IMG/VR virus record: IMGVR_UViG_3300036766_000064
Location: 1 to 60,906 of that record
Length of the DNA: 60,906 nucleotides
Reading direction: 5' to 3' (one strand)
From: a virus
Taxonomy: Duplodnaviria > Caudoviricetes
Shown here: piece by piece, positions 1 to 10,700 of the stretch
How positions within the stretch are numbered: the stretch's first letter is position 1
Layout: each line of letters begins with the position of its first letter
Notes under the pieces: model-generated
What the model was told of the DNA's origin: nothing
Database searches by the model: none
Seen by the model: the letters and a program-made list of their open reading frames with translations, nothing else
Program-made: the position numbers and the translations under genes

Positions 1-126
1 GTGGCGCAATCGACAGGCTGCATGAAATCGTGCGCGGTGACGTTCATTCCGAGGGCGAAATAATCTTCGTCGTCAATAACGCACAGAACGCCGCCCGCGC
101 AATACTCGCGCGCTACAAGGAGTAGG
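1..126. repeat. Terminal direct repeat, copy 1 (identical to 60741-60866)
   Basis: 126 bp exact match to 60741-60866; the sequences diverge right after AGTAGG. Confidence 0.97.
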
Positions 127-129
127 GTC

Positions 130-504
130 ATGCCCATTCGCGTTCAATTGTCTCGTAAGAAAGGTTGGAAGATGCCGTCGAATACGGTGAAAGTTGATCG
201 CTCGACGTTGTGGGGGAATCCGTTTAACGTGGTCAAAGGTCGCGTCTTGCGCGGCGGCGCTATCAACTGGTACACGGCGTATTTTGTCGGCAGTAATCTA
301 AAAGACTTTGCGTTCAAGGAAGAAGCTGTCGCTGTTTCGATTCGATCATTCGAGAAATGGATTCAGCACCCGGCGCAACGTAAATTAAGAGATTTGATAA
401 AACTAAACATTGGTCTACGCGGCAAGAATCTCGCCTGCTGGTGCAAACTCGATCAGCCGTGCCATGCCGACACACTGCTCGAAATCGCAAACTCTAAGGA
501 GTAG
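130..504 (+). CDS. DUF4326-family phage protein
   Basis: Motifs VDRSTLWGNPF and LRGKNLACWC...CHADTLLEIAN; RBS AAGGAG. Confidence 0.85.
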   Translation: MPIRVQLSRKKGWKMPSNTVKVDRSTLWGNPFNVVKGRVLRGGAINWYTAYFVGSNLKDFAFKEEAVAVSIRSFEKWIQHPAQRKLRDLIKLNIGLRGKNLACWCKLDQPCHADTLLEIANSKE

Positions 505-506
505 TC

Positions 507-557
507 ATGCCGAATGAATGGATCAGTGTGAAGGATTTTCAACGTAGTACCAACTAG
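507..557 (+). pseudogene. Truncated relic of a DUF551-like gene
   Basis: 16-codon ORF MPNEWISVKDFQRSTN*; WISVKD is the typical DUF551 N-terminus; has an RBS but stops early. Confidence 0.5.
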
Positions 558-566
558 GAGAATGAC

Positions 567-839
567 ATGATTGGAACTATCGGATGGGCGGTAAAGGAAA
601 TGTACAATGGAGAACGAGTTTGCAGGTCTGGATGGAACGGCAAAGGAATGTTCTTGTTCCTCGTTCACGGCAGCAAATTCATTGTGAATCGCGCTCCGTT
701 GCTTGGTATCTATCCAGAGGGGACGGAAATCGACTACCACGCGCACGTCGATATGCGTACCGCAAACGGGCAAATTGTGCCGTGGCTGTGTTCGCAAACA
801 GACCTATTGGCAACTGATTGGGAAATAGCGCAACCATAA
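567..839 (+). CDS. tad2: DUF2829 / Tad2-family anti-defence nucleotide sponge
   Basis: RSGWNGKGMFLFL and VPWLCSQTDLLATDW signature motifs; 90 aa. Confidence 0.82.
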   Translation: MIGTIGWAVKEMYNGERVCRSGWNGKGMFLFLVHGSKFIVNRAPLLGIYPEGTEIDYHAHVDMRTANGQIVPWLCSQTDLLATDWEIAQP

Positions 840-891
840 CCTTATCGCAGCCGCCGAAGGAATAGGGTCAGCGCGGCTGCGGTGCCCCTTG

Positions 892-920
892 TTGCCACCC
901 AGGCCAATGCGCCATATACT
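892..920 (+). promoter_or_regulatory. sigma70-type promoter, leaderless
   Basis: TTGCCA-N17-TATACT; ATG 7 nt after the -10 box with no RBS. Confidence 0.6.
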
Positions 921-927
921 TCCGCGC

Positions 928-1056
928 ATGACAATCGGCTTGATCATTGGGGCACTGCTGTTCCTCGTTGCCGCGCGGCTCGCGGAAGCTCACGCATTCA
1001 TGATCCTGGCTGTGGTCTTAATCTTCGCGGCCGGCGCTAATATGGTGTTCGGATGA
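928..1056 (+). CDS. 42-aa two-TM membrane protein (not in ORF track)
   Basis: MTIGLIIGALLFLVAARLAEAHAFMILAVVLIFAAGANMVFG*; stop overlaps the next ATG (ATGA). Confidence 0.65.
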   Translation: MTIGLIIGALLFLVAARLAEAHAFMILAVVLIFAAGANMVFG

Positions 1057-1256
1057 ACCGTCAACAACAATCTCCTCAATGGACAATCGTGATCCAGAGT
1101 ATGCCAATACCGGCCATCAAGGATTTCTTTGGTCGCGTACAACGCACTCGCAAACGGTTTATCCAGATTGGATTCAACGGTCGCATAGAACTTGTACAAA
1201 GAGCAACAGTACGGGATTATCTGCGCGAGTTGATCGCGAATAGAGAACCAACATGA
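1053..1256 (+). CDS. Hypothetical protein
   Basis: ATGA-coupled to both neighbours. Confidence 0.5.
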   Translation: MNRQQQSPQWTIVIQSMPIPAIKDFFGRVQRTRKRFIQIGFNGRIELVQRATVRDYLRELIANREPT

Positions 1257-1540
1257 ACCGCCGCGGATTTATGGGTGCAATCCTCGCATCCGGTGTCGCG
1301 CCCTACGTTTCCACCATGGCGGGAGTGTTGATGCCGGTCAGGGCGATTGCGCGGATTGACTATACTCGCGTCCTAGGTTACAAGCGATTCGATGGTTCTT
1401 ATGCCGCGTGGCTCGATTTAAATACCGGAGACTATGTACCAGGACTCAAGACCCCAATATCGGAGTTCGTATCGGTCGAGAAATTCCGCAACAGTGAGCC
1501 GCTAATTGGAGAGGTGTACTGGTGGCGCAAGCGGAACTGA
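1253..1540 (+). CDS. Hypothetical protein with twin-arginine-like N-terminus
   Basis: MNRRGFMGAILASGVAP resembles the Tat consensus S/T-RRxFLK followed by a hydrophobic stretch. Confidence 0.6.
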   Translation: MNRRGFMGAILASGVAPYVSTMAGVLMPVRAIARIDYTRVLGYKRFDGSYAAWLDLNTGDYVPGLKTPISEFVSVEKFRNSEPLIGEVYWWRKRN

Positions 1541-1580
1541 ATCGTCAAATCAGGACGGCGATGGATTCACTTCCGGTAAC

Positions 1581-1610
1581 TTGCGCTAAAAAGTAATTTG
1601 CAGATAAACT
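1581..1610 (+). promoter_or_regulatory. sigma70-type promoter, leaderless
   Basis: TTGCGC-N18-TAAACT; ATG 6 nt downstream. Confidence 0.5.
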
Positions 1611-1616
1611 CCGGGC

Positions 1617-1787
1617 ATGGTCGAAGCCATGATCGTTCTCGGGCTATATGTCCTATACGAAGTGACCCCGCGCCGCATCCGCGGCACGACACTTTGGTAT
1701 GGGTGGACCGGCATCCTGATCGCAGGGGCAATCGGCGCCATCATCATGTTCGCCGCAACAGGTTCCCTACCTAGACCACCTGGCTAA
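1617..1787 (+). CDS. 56-aa two-TM membrane protein (not in ORF track)
   Basis: MVEAMIVLGLYVLYEVTPRRIRGTTLWYGWTGILIAGAIGAIIMFAATGSLPRPPG*; converges on the giant gene with overlapping stops. Confidence 0.6.
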   Translation: MVEAMIVLGLYVLYEVTPRRIRGTTLWYGWTGILIAGAIGAIIMFAATGSLPRPPG

Positions 1788-4700
1788 CGCGCCAATCCTT
1801 CTGTCAACCTGTTTTTCTGTGCATCCAGCGCGTCCAGTAGCCCGCGCTTCGTGTCTGTGGAATAAGTACGGTTTGCTTCGATCAAACGCTCTTTCTCGTT
1901 GATCTTGCCGAGCGCACGCTTGACCTGTTCGGTACGATGGTATTGCACGATCTTATCGCCTTCGCTTTCCCTGATACCAGTTGCTTTCTCCCTGTCCCCA
2001 ACCTTCAAGGCTGCATGGTAATCGGCGTAGGCTTCCTCGATCACCTTGGCTTGGTCGTAGAATTGCGTGACATACCGGCTTGAGTTTGTTGGCAGGGTTT
2101 CAACAAAGTTTCCGGCAAGGAACACGTCTTTCAGCTTCATGGCTGGTTTGTCCGGCTTGCCGGCCATCGGGCGCATACCGTAGTCCAATGCGGTCATTGC
2201 CGAGGATCCAACCCATCCGAAATAGGCCCGTATCATGAAATCGATCTGTACCGGGGAAAGTTGGTCGCTCACATCCAGCATGGCGAGTAATTGCGCTGGC
2301 AGCGAAGTACGGCCACCGATACGTTCATCCTTGGACAATCGTTCCATGCCCTGCGTCTCGATATCGCGTCCGGTAAAACTATCCTTGTTGGCGTAGAGGT
2401 CAATAAGAGGTTTGACGATTTGCGGGACCGGATTCATGGAAAGGTTGTTGGAAATAATGCCGCCAAGCGATTTTGCAAACCGCTTGCCTGGATCACGTTC
2501 GTCTGAGGTAAAGGCTTCCAACACGCGCTCTGCAATGCTGGCAACCGCCCCTATTTCAAAGGGCTTGGGAATACGGAACGCCACGCCCCCAACCTTGAAC
2601 CACCAGTACGAATCCCTGTCCCATTCCTCGCGTTTTTTCCAATCGTCGTCGTCGTGATTCCAGAGGAACAGGGCGAGCGATGCGAGGGTGACGGCGCCCA
2701 CAACATAGGCCATCCGCTTTGGATCGTTCTGCGCCGCGCGGCCTAGTTTGTAGAGGCCCTGCAGCCTTGCGTTCATGAAGGGTACGGTTTGCGTCAAGAA
2801 ACGAATCGCCGCCCACTGACCGCCCATCGAGAAGTCCAGCATATCCCGAGCCTGATACGAGGCTTCCAGGTGGTCCATTCCACGTTCTCGGAGTTGCATG
2901 TAGAGGGCAACCCGATTGGCGTTCTCTGAGCGATCCCCCTGCTCCTGGTAGTAGTCCCATGCCTTTTGCAGCATGGCGACAACTTTGTGCTGCTTGTCGA
3001 GGATGGTGTTTTCGTGGACCCCGGATTCAATCAAGCGTTTGACGTGTTCCGCCCGGTTTCCTTCAAGCATGGTTCCAAAGCGAATGATTCCACCGCCGGC
3101 CATCGCCTGGGCTCGCACTTCGCTTTCGTGTGAGGTCGCTTTCCAGCCAGTTGCAATGTTCTTGATTGGGTTGTAACCGATATCGCTTTGCGCAATAGCG
3201 GCCACCGAATCCCGGATGATGTTGCGAATACGAAAGGCCGGGTTGACCGTAACCCCTGTCGTGAGCCACCGCTTGAAGGTTGCCAGAGCTTTCATGGCCG
3301 ACCCGCCAAAGCCAGAGAATTCCATCGACGTGATAGCGTCAAGCAGGAATGGGTCGTTGACTTCATAGAAATGCTGCTTGCCATCGACCAGGACCGCGAC
3401 AGAGCCTTTAACCTTCTCCGGGATCTCCGTTGCCACCCCAAGCTTCGCCGCGGCTTCGAGAGAGGCCCGAGCCGCTTGATTGCGCATCGATGCAGAAAGC
3501 AGGTGCGACCAGTTCTGCAGGGTATTTCCGAGCAAGTCGTGTAACCCCTCAGACCCCCCTTTGAGTTTCTTGAAGGCGTATTGATTGACCAGCCCCGAGG
3601 AGATTGAGGGACCGCCTACGCCATCCTCCATGACACGATAGAACGGGACGTAAAAATCCTTCTCCCAAATCTTCCTTGATTCCCGGTCAATGAGACCGGT
3701 CTGTTCGGCAATGTCGAGCACGCTCTTGGCGTAGCCATCGAATTGCACTTTGGTCTTGAAATACTGCGCCTGTCGGCTCGTGCCATCCGGCATTTTGCCG
3801 AGGTTCAATTCTTTGAGCGCGGAAATGTCGTCGTCGGTGAACAGGTTTTCCTTGCCAGCCAATTTGAGTTGAGCAGCACGGTTACCGGCGATCCATGCAA
3901 AGAAACGGTCATGCTCGCCTTGTAGGGTTTGGAGCAGGCCCAGGACCCCGCCATCCTTGTTTTCGATGTTGAGAGCGCCGCTGTCGAGCTTGAGCTTACC
4001 GTAAAGCATCATGGCTTCCAGCCCGCCATCGGTTGCTTTGGTGAGCCTGGCGAGCATGTATTCCCGGTGCCCGAGTTCTTTGATCGGATCAAACTGATCG
4101 ACCAGCCCTTGCCGGAATATCTTGCCGAAATTCGTACGAAGCTCTCTGGCACGTTCTCCGAGAGTTTTTTCTTCGATGATAACGCCAGCCTTTTTCAGCG
4201 CTGCCTGGACTTCTGGCGATTCGGATTCCGCCCACTTCGGCATCGTGACTTTGGTAGCGGGTGGCGTCCCCTCTGCGGCTTCGTCAGCCCGTGAGTTGTT
4301 CAACAATCCACCGGAAAAGTTTATTTGTGTTGGCATTTCAACCGAAAGTAGTTGCTGTACCGGCGCGTTAAGAAGCCGATCTGTGATGCGAAGAATTTCA
4401 GACAATGTTGTATCTGCGCTTACTGGTAATCCAAGAAACTTCCTAATCGCCGATACAAATCGCGTCCACAAGTTGCCGCCTTGATACGGGATACTTTCAA
4501 GATATTCCTGCATGGAGCGATTCGTAAGTCCCCATGAAACTACTTCACCCAAGTCGCGCAGCGAGTTATGTCCCTGTGCAACGATGCGTTCTATACGGTT
4601 ATCCAATTCACCAACCTTCTTACCGGAAATTCGTTGGTTAAAGTGATTCTGGATAGCTTTATGTACGTCTTCTAAATCTGCAATATCTTTATGCAGTGCA

Positions 4701-7700
4701 GCATTTCCGGGCTGTTGTCCAATATAGATGGCAGATTGTGTTACTGCGTGCAACAGTTCGTGCAAAACAGTTTCATAAGATACGCCTACCAGTCCTGTTA
4801 CATCCGCGCCCTGTACCCAAATATCGGTTTCCTTAGACCCGAACGCACGCCAGGTAATACCCCTCATTTGTCCTGCCAATTGCGAGTGAACAGGTTCCCC
4901 CAAGTGGGCAACCTTGAGGTTGAATCCCATGCCAGCGGCTTCCAATCTGCGCAACTGCATCGCGACGCGCAACGCTATCAATTTGTAATCCTTGGTAGGC
5001 GCGGTCTTGACAATAAACTGCGCAGCATCTATCGCACTCTTTCCTTCAATGCCGACTTGGACTCGAATAGCTTCTTCCGGTGAGGGGTCATTGGTCAAAG
5101 CTCCGAGGCTTGGGGCTTCGCGCGCAAACGCTGGTGCAAACGATGGTACTCCCCGTTCCATCCCCGCCCGTTGCACGCTACCGCGCGCCAACGATGCCAG
5201 ATCATCTGCCGTGAGTTTGTTCGCACCAATACCGAATTCGCGGAACAAGAATGCCTTGATCGCGGCAATGATCTCCTTGACGAAATTCATCGTTGGCCGG
5301 TTCTGCACGAGGTACGCCAATGTCTCCTGCGGGACCTGTGCGGCATTGACCGATTCTTTTTCCGCATTCGTGCGCGCTTCGATAGCGTCCTTGTTCCCCA
5401 TCTTCACCATCGCGTCGAGGCGCTTCATGACTTTGGCGTATTTTGTAGCACCAAGCATTTTCTCGAAACCGTAATGGACGCCCAATTCATGCATCACCAA
5501 GCCGCGCACGTTCTCCGCATTGAGGTTGGACAACACGGCGTAGGTTTTGTCCGTTTTGTCGTCGTAGAACCCGTACACGGTGTCACCTTGACGCACGAAT
5601 GGGACAACATGGGCGGGTAGCTGAGTTTGATCGGCAAGCGGGATCAGGACATTGCCGATAATCCGATCAGCAACCTTCTCACTGAACGCTTTGGCAATCT
5701 CGGAGCGCAGGGTTTGCTCGGTGATACCGGTTATGCCACCCGCTGCGGATTCGTTGCCGCGATTGAATAGAGCCTGCCCGCCAAGCGCAGCCTCGCGCAT
5801 CTCGGGCGTGATGTCGAAAGAAGGTTGCGCCGTCGCAGGCGGTTTGGCAGAAAGCCTATCGCGTTCCGCCATCGCTTCATCCAGCGTGTAATGGTATGAA
5901 TTTGGTTCCTGCATTCCGCGCCGCGTTACTCCGTACCTCCGATCGCCATCTCTGCGCCCAACCGAATACTCGACGTGTTTCCCGGTATCTAGTTGCACTT
6001 CCCCGACTCTCCCCCCGCCCAACTTTTTCAACACATCGTTCGCCACGTTCGGCACGATCTTGTCGTAGAAATCCTGCATCCCCTTCCCGCCAACCGTGAA
6101 GTCTTTGCCTGCAATCTCGCCGCTCTGTTCATTGAGCACGCGCTCGGCCATCGGTTTACCAATCAGTTCCGACAGGTCTTTTCCGAAGGCTTTGGACTCA
6201 TTCGAGTCGAGCACCTTGCCGTCTTTGCTGACCGTTGCGCGGACAAGCAATTCCCCATTCTTCTTGATCTGCACTTCCCGATTTGTTTCCTCCGATGCCT
6301 TCCAGCTAATGTGGTCAGCAACTTGGCGGAGCGCTTCCGGGTATCGGTTGATCTGCTGAATCCCCGTCGTCCAAGCAACACGGTCGAACCCGTTCTCGGC
6401 GGCGTAGCGGATCATGCGCTTCAGGGAGAGCGCGACCCAGGCTTCGGTCTTGGTGACGAAGGGGGCGGAGGGAACGCCACTGTCTGATGCTCCTCCAAAG
6501 TGTTCGAGCGCCACGCCTGCGTCGGTTGCCTGTTCGACCGCCGCGCGGCGTGCCGCTGCCTCAGTCATGGTTCCCGGCCCAACCGGAACCACCATCTCGT
6601 TCGTACTGTCGAAAAGGGCCCACGATCCTTCCTGCTCTCCGTAGATTTCCGCTTCTTCACGGTCAACCTTTCGGACCTGCATGTCGGACGGCAACTTGCC
6701 CTCGCGCTTGCCGGTGAATCCCTCCTTCTTCCCCTTCTGCGCCCAATCCGATTGAAACTCCTCAACGAACAGCACGCGCTTACCTTGTGCGTCCGTGCGC
6801 TCATTAAACCTAATGTGCGCGAGTACGTTCGGCTGGTCGAAGTGGGAGGAGCGGAACACCGATTGCTTCTCACCGTAGTTAGCGAATACAGATTCGCGGG
6901 CGGCGGCTTCCGTCGTGTGGTCGTCAATCACCATGCCATCGCGGTTGTACGTCAGCCACTGGTGTTCTTCTGGGCCTTTCTCAATTCGGTATCCATCAGG
7001 AATCTTCGCTGTGTCGGGCAACCTCAACAGCAACTCCCGGTAGTTCTCGCCGCCGGGGAGTTGGTATAAGGAGTGCTTGGGATCGCGTCCAGCCTCTACA
7101 CCAAAACCATTTTTTATCGCGTTGAGGTCGGCAAGTCTAGCCGCTTCCCTATCGGATAGACTGCTTTCTCGCGCCAGCAACGCATCACGCTCTGCACGAA
7201 GTTCCGAAGTAAAGTCGCTATTTCCAAGTTCTGTCTCCGTCACCTGCACCCCGTTCTGCGCGAGGAAGTTGGATACCTGTTCCTTCGTAACCTTTGCCCC
7301 TTGCAGGTCCAACCAATCGTTTATTCCGGTCGCGTCGATTTCGGCCTGCTTCACACCTTTTTTAACCAGTCCGCGCAACACTTCCTTCCATCCTGCGGCC
7401 GGTGCAATCTTCATGTTGAGCGCATCAATCTTGCGTGCGAGTTCGGAATAGAAGATTGGCGCGGGTTGTTCAGCCTGGCCGCGCGAGAATAGCGGTGCGG
7501 GTGGTTTCGGTTCGGGTTGTGCCGCAGTGTTGTTTACCATGCCGCCAGCACGATTGATTTGGGTCGGCATTCCAATTTGATCTGCCATCGAAAGTAGTTG
7601 CACCGCCGGCGTGTCTAGCAAATTGTCGGTAATGCGCAACACTTCTGACAAGGCGCTTTCGGATTTCTCTGGGAGTCCGAGAAACTTGCGAATAGCGGAG

Positions 7701-10700
7701 ACAAACTCGCTCCACAAATTTTTACCCTTGACTTGAATCCCATCAAGGTAGGTTTGCATTGCTCTATTGGTAAGCGCCCACGAAACAATTTCACCTGGGC
7801 TTGCCGTCGCATTGTTCAAACTGCGCGCGACGTATTCCTCGAATTGTGACAGTTTTCCGAAATCATTCCCAACCGCCGCAATACGCTCGCTTAGGTGACG
7901 TTGAATCGCTACCGTTACCGCATACAGATCGGTTACATTCTCCTGCAACTTAGTTCCAGTGGCGATGTTGCGTGCACCGACATAGATGGCAGTCTGCGTA
8001 GCCGCATGTAACAATTCGTGCAAGACAACCTCATAAGACGCACCAACAAGACCGCCAACGTCAGCGCCCTGCACCCAGACTTGCGTCGTTTCGGAATTTC
8101 TTAGGCGAAGCGTCAAACCACGAGTTCCAATCAACTCGATAGGAACCTGTTCGCCAATGTGCGCGACATGAAACTCGAATTGCATCCCCGCCGCTATCAA
8201 GTTTTGCAATTGCACAAGTACGCGCTGCCCAATCAATCTGAAATCTTCCGATGGCGCCGACTCTGCAATGAATCGTGCAGCGTCAACTATAGTCTTTCCC
8301 TCTACCGCTGCTTGTACCATTTGCGCTTCCGCTGCAGACGGATCGTCGTGCGGACCAGTCTCCTGAGCTTGCTTCATATTGTTTGCGAGACTGGGCGCGG
8401 GCCCCTGTTCTTTTGGCTTGGCTTGTTCGTCCATCTTCGCAGCCGCAGCGCGCAGCAGATCAGCGGGCGAAAGGGTATTTGCAGGTTGCGAGAATAGATC
8501 CTCTTGGCCCGCAGCCTCAGTGGGCGTTACCTTTTTGACTACAGGGGCCGGAGCTTCCTGCCCGAGTTCCAAAGGTTGCGCAGCAAGCGCATCAACTTCG
8601 GCTTTCTTGGCGGCCTCGCGCTCGGCAATTATTTCAGCGGCGCGGCGGTCCTGCTCGGCTTTGTTTGCTGCGCGTCTCTGGCGAGCGGCAGCATTGGTTT
8701 CATCGGCAGCTTCACGCGCTGCAATATCTGCAATGCGCTCAGCTTCTAGCCGGGCTTCTTCGGGGGATTGGGCTTCGAGTTCGAGAGAATCTTGATTTCT
8801 CGCAGCAGGCTTTTCAGCAACCTGCGCCAGATCGGTCGCGTTTTCTCCGATGGCTTGTTCTGCAGAATGCGCGTCACTTCCTGCAGCCGCTTGCGCGTCA
8901 GGCTCAATCGATTCAAAGTCGGCAAGGTCTGCATAGTCTTCCTCTGAAAGTATATTATCCGCCTGAATCGCCTCGCGTTCAAGCCGCGCTTCTTCGTTCG
9001 ACTCAGCCTCGGCAATCGTCGCTTCCGTCTCGTCTGCCTGTTGCACCGCAGCGCGAATCTGGTCCAAACTCATTCCGGTGTCGTCAATACGCAGGCGGTA
9101 GGCGTCTTTCATCAGGGCATCGCCTTCGGATGGCCCGGTAAAAGCCGCCCCATTGTAGGTCGAATGATGCAACTTATGCCCGTCGAATTCCTCCCGAATC
9201 CTGGCTTTCAGCGCCGCCACCCCACCATCGACATCGTTGATTTCTTCGTCGGTCAGGTAGCCATCTTCATGCGCCCGGCTTGCCAGTTCGTCAACCTGCT
9301 CCCCGCCATTCCGGAATAGCCATTGCGTCGCGTTGTAGGCCCGATTCTTGTCGTCGCCGGTGATATCCATGCGTTCGGCCAGGGTGATCCCGCCACGTTT
9401 GGCAATCCATTCGTTCAGACTGTCCTTGGCGGGGTTCGGTCTGCGTCGATCTGCATTCGCCTTTTTCCAGCGATCGGAAGCCGCAGCTCGGGCGGCCGCT
9501 TGCTTCGGCGTCGCTTCCGGCCTCGGTTCGATGGCAAAAGCACCCTTCTTCGTCGGGTGCGGCACAACCACCTGGGCGCCACCGCCCGCCTTCTCGATCT
9601 TTTTCGCCGCCTTGGCCGCATCCAACTTGGTCCGGAATACCGGCGTTTCGTCGGATTGGTCGATTGCGGGCGCGGGGCTTGTCGGCGCCACCAGCATGGC
9701 CTTGGCTTCGTCCAGAGTGGTCGCATAGCCCATTGCCTCAGTCTGCCCCGGCTTGAACGCGGCAAAGGACGTTCTGTCGGCCGTGATCGGGGTTCCCCGG
9801 ATGGTCCCGGTATCCCCTGTGTGCAGGGTCGCGCCAGTGGGCTTGCCATCAACCAGAACCGGCCCGGAAGTCCATGCGCCGGATTGCTGCGGTGCAATGG
9901 TGTCACGGGAAACAATTGCCGAAACACGTTCACCATCAGGGACGTATAGCGGTGTACGCCCTGATTTGTACGGTCCAGGCTCCCATACCCTGCCGTTGTA
10001 CGACACCAGGGCGACCTCTTTCCCGGTCTGGTCAACGACAACCACACCATTCCCAACCTCGGATACCCCGGCACCAGACTTGTCCCGAAATGCCTCCCAC
10101 TTCCGGCTGGCATCCTCAATGGAGTCAACCGGGTGCGATTGATCTCCCCATTGGGCGAACAACTGCTCTTTGACTGCGGGTAGTGCCCGCCGGTCAATCT
10201 CAGCCTGCTCAACCGGCTTTCCAGCGATTGTAGGGGTGGCGGGCTCGGCGGAGGAGTGCGCCGGCCGCGCTTCTTCTTGTTGTCCGGTGGCAACGGTCTC
10301 CTCGGAAATAGGTGCGGTAACGGCAGGAATAGGGGAAGGTTGCGCTACCGGTTCACCGGCAGGCGTCTGAGCGGGGGCAGGTGCTTCGATTGATCCTGGG
10401 GCTTCCTGCGGCTTCATCAACTGCATTCTGCGATATAGGGCATCCCCGCCCTCAGTCCGGATCAGGTCGTCGAGTTCGGCCTGATCCTTGGCAACCCGAG
10501 CTTCTCTGGCCCGCTGCATGGCGAGTTCCATAGCCGTAGGTTCGGCACCTGGAGTAGCTTGTGCAGGGAGTACAGTCCTGAGTCCAGCGCCTATTCCTAC
10601 CCTTGATTCCTCGGCAACTTGGGCGGCATTCGCATCCTCGGCTTGCGCAATAGCTTCGTCACCTTGTTGGTTACGCGCGCCACGGACAAGTTCATTCGCT

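Noticed and set aside
1-126. Physical terminal repeats of the virion DNA
   Set aside because: The repeat starts mid-gene, its length is typical of an assembly overlap, and the terminase looks headful-type.
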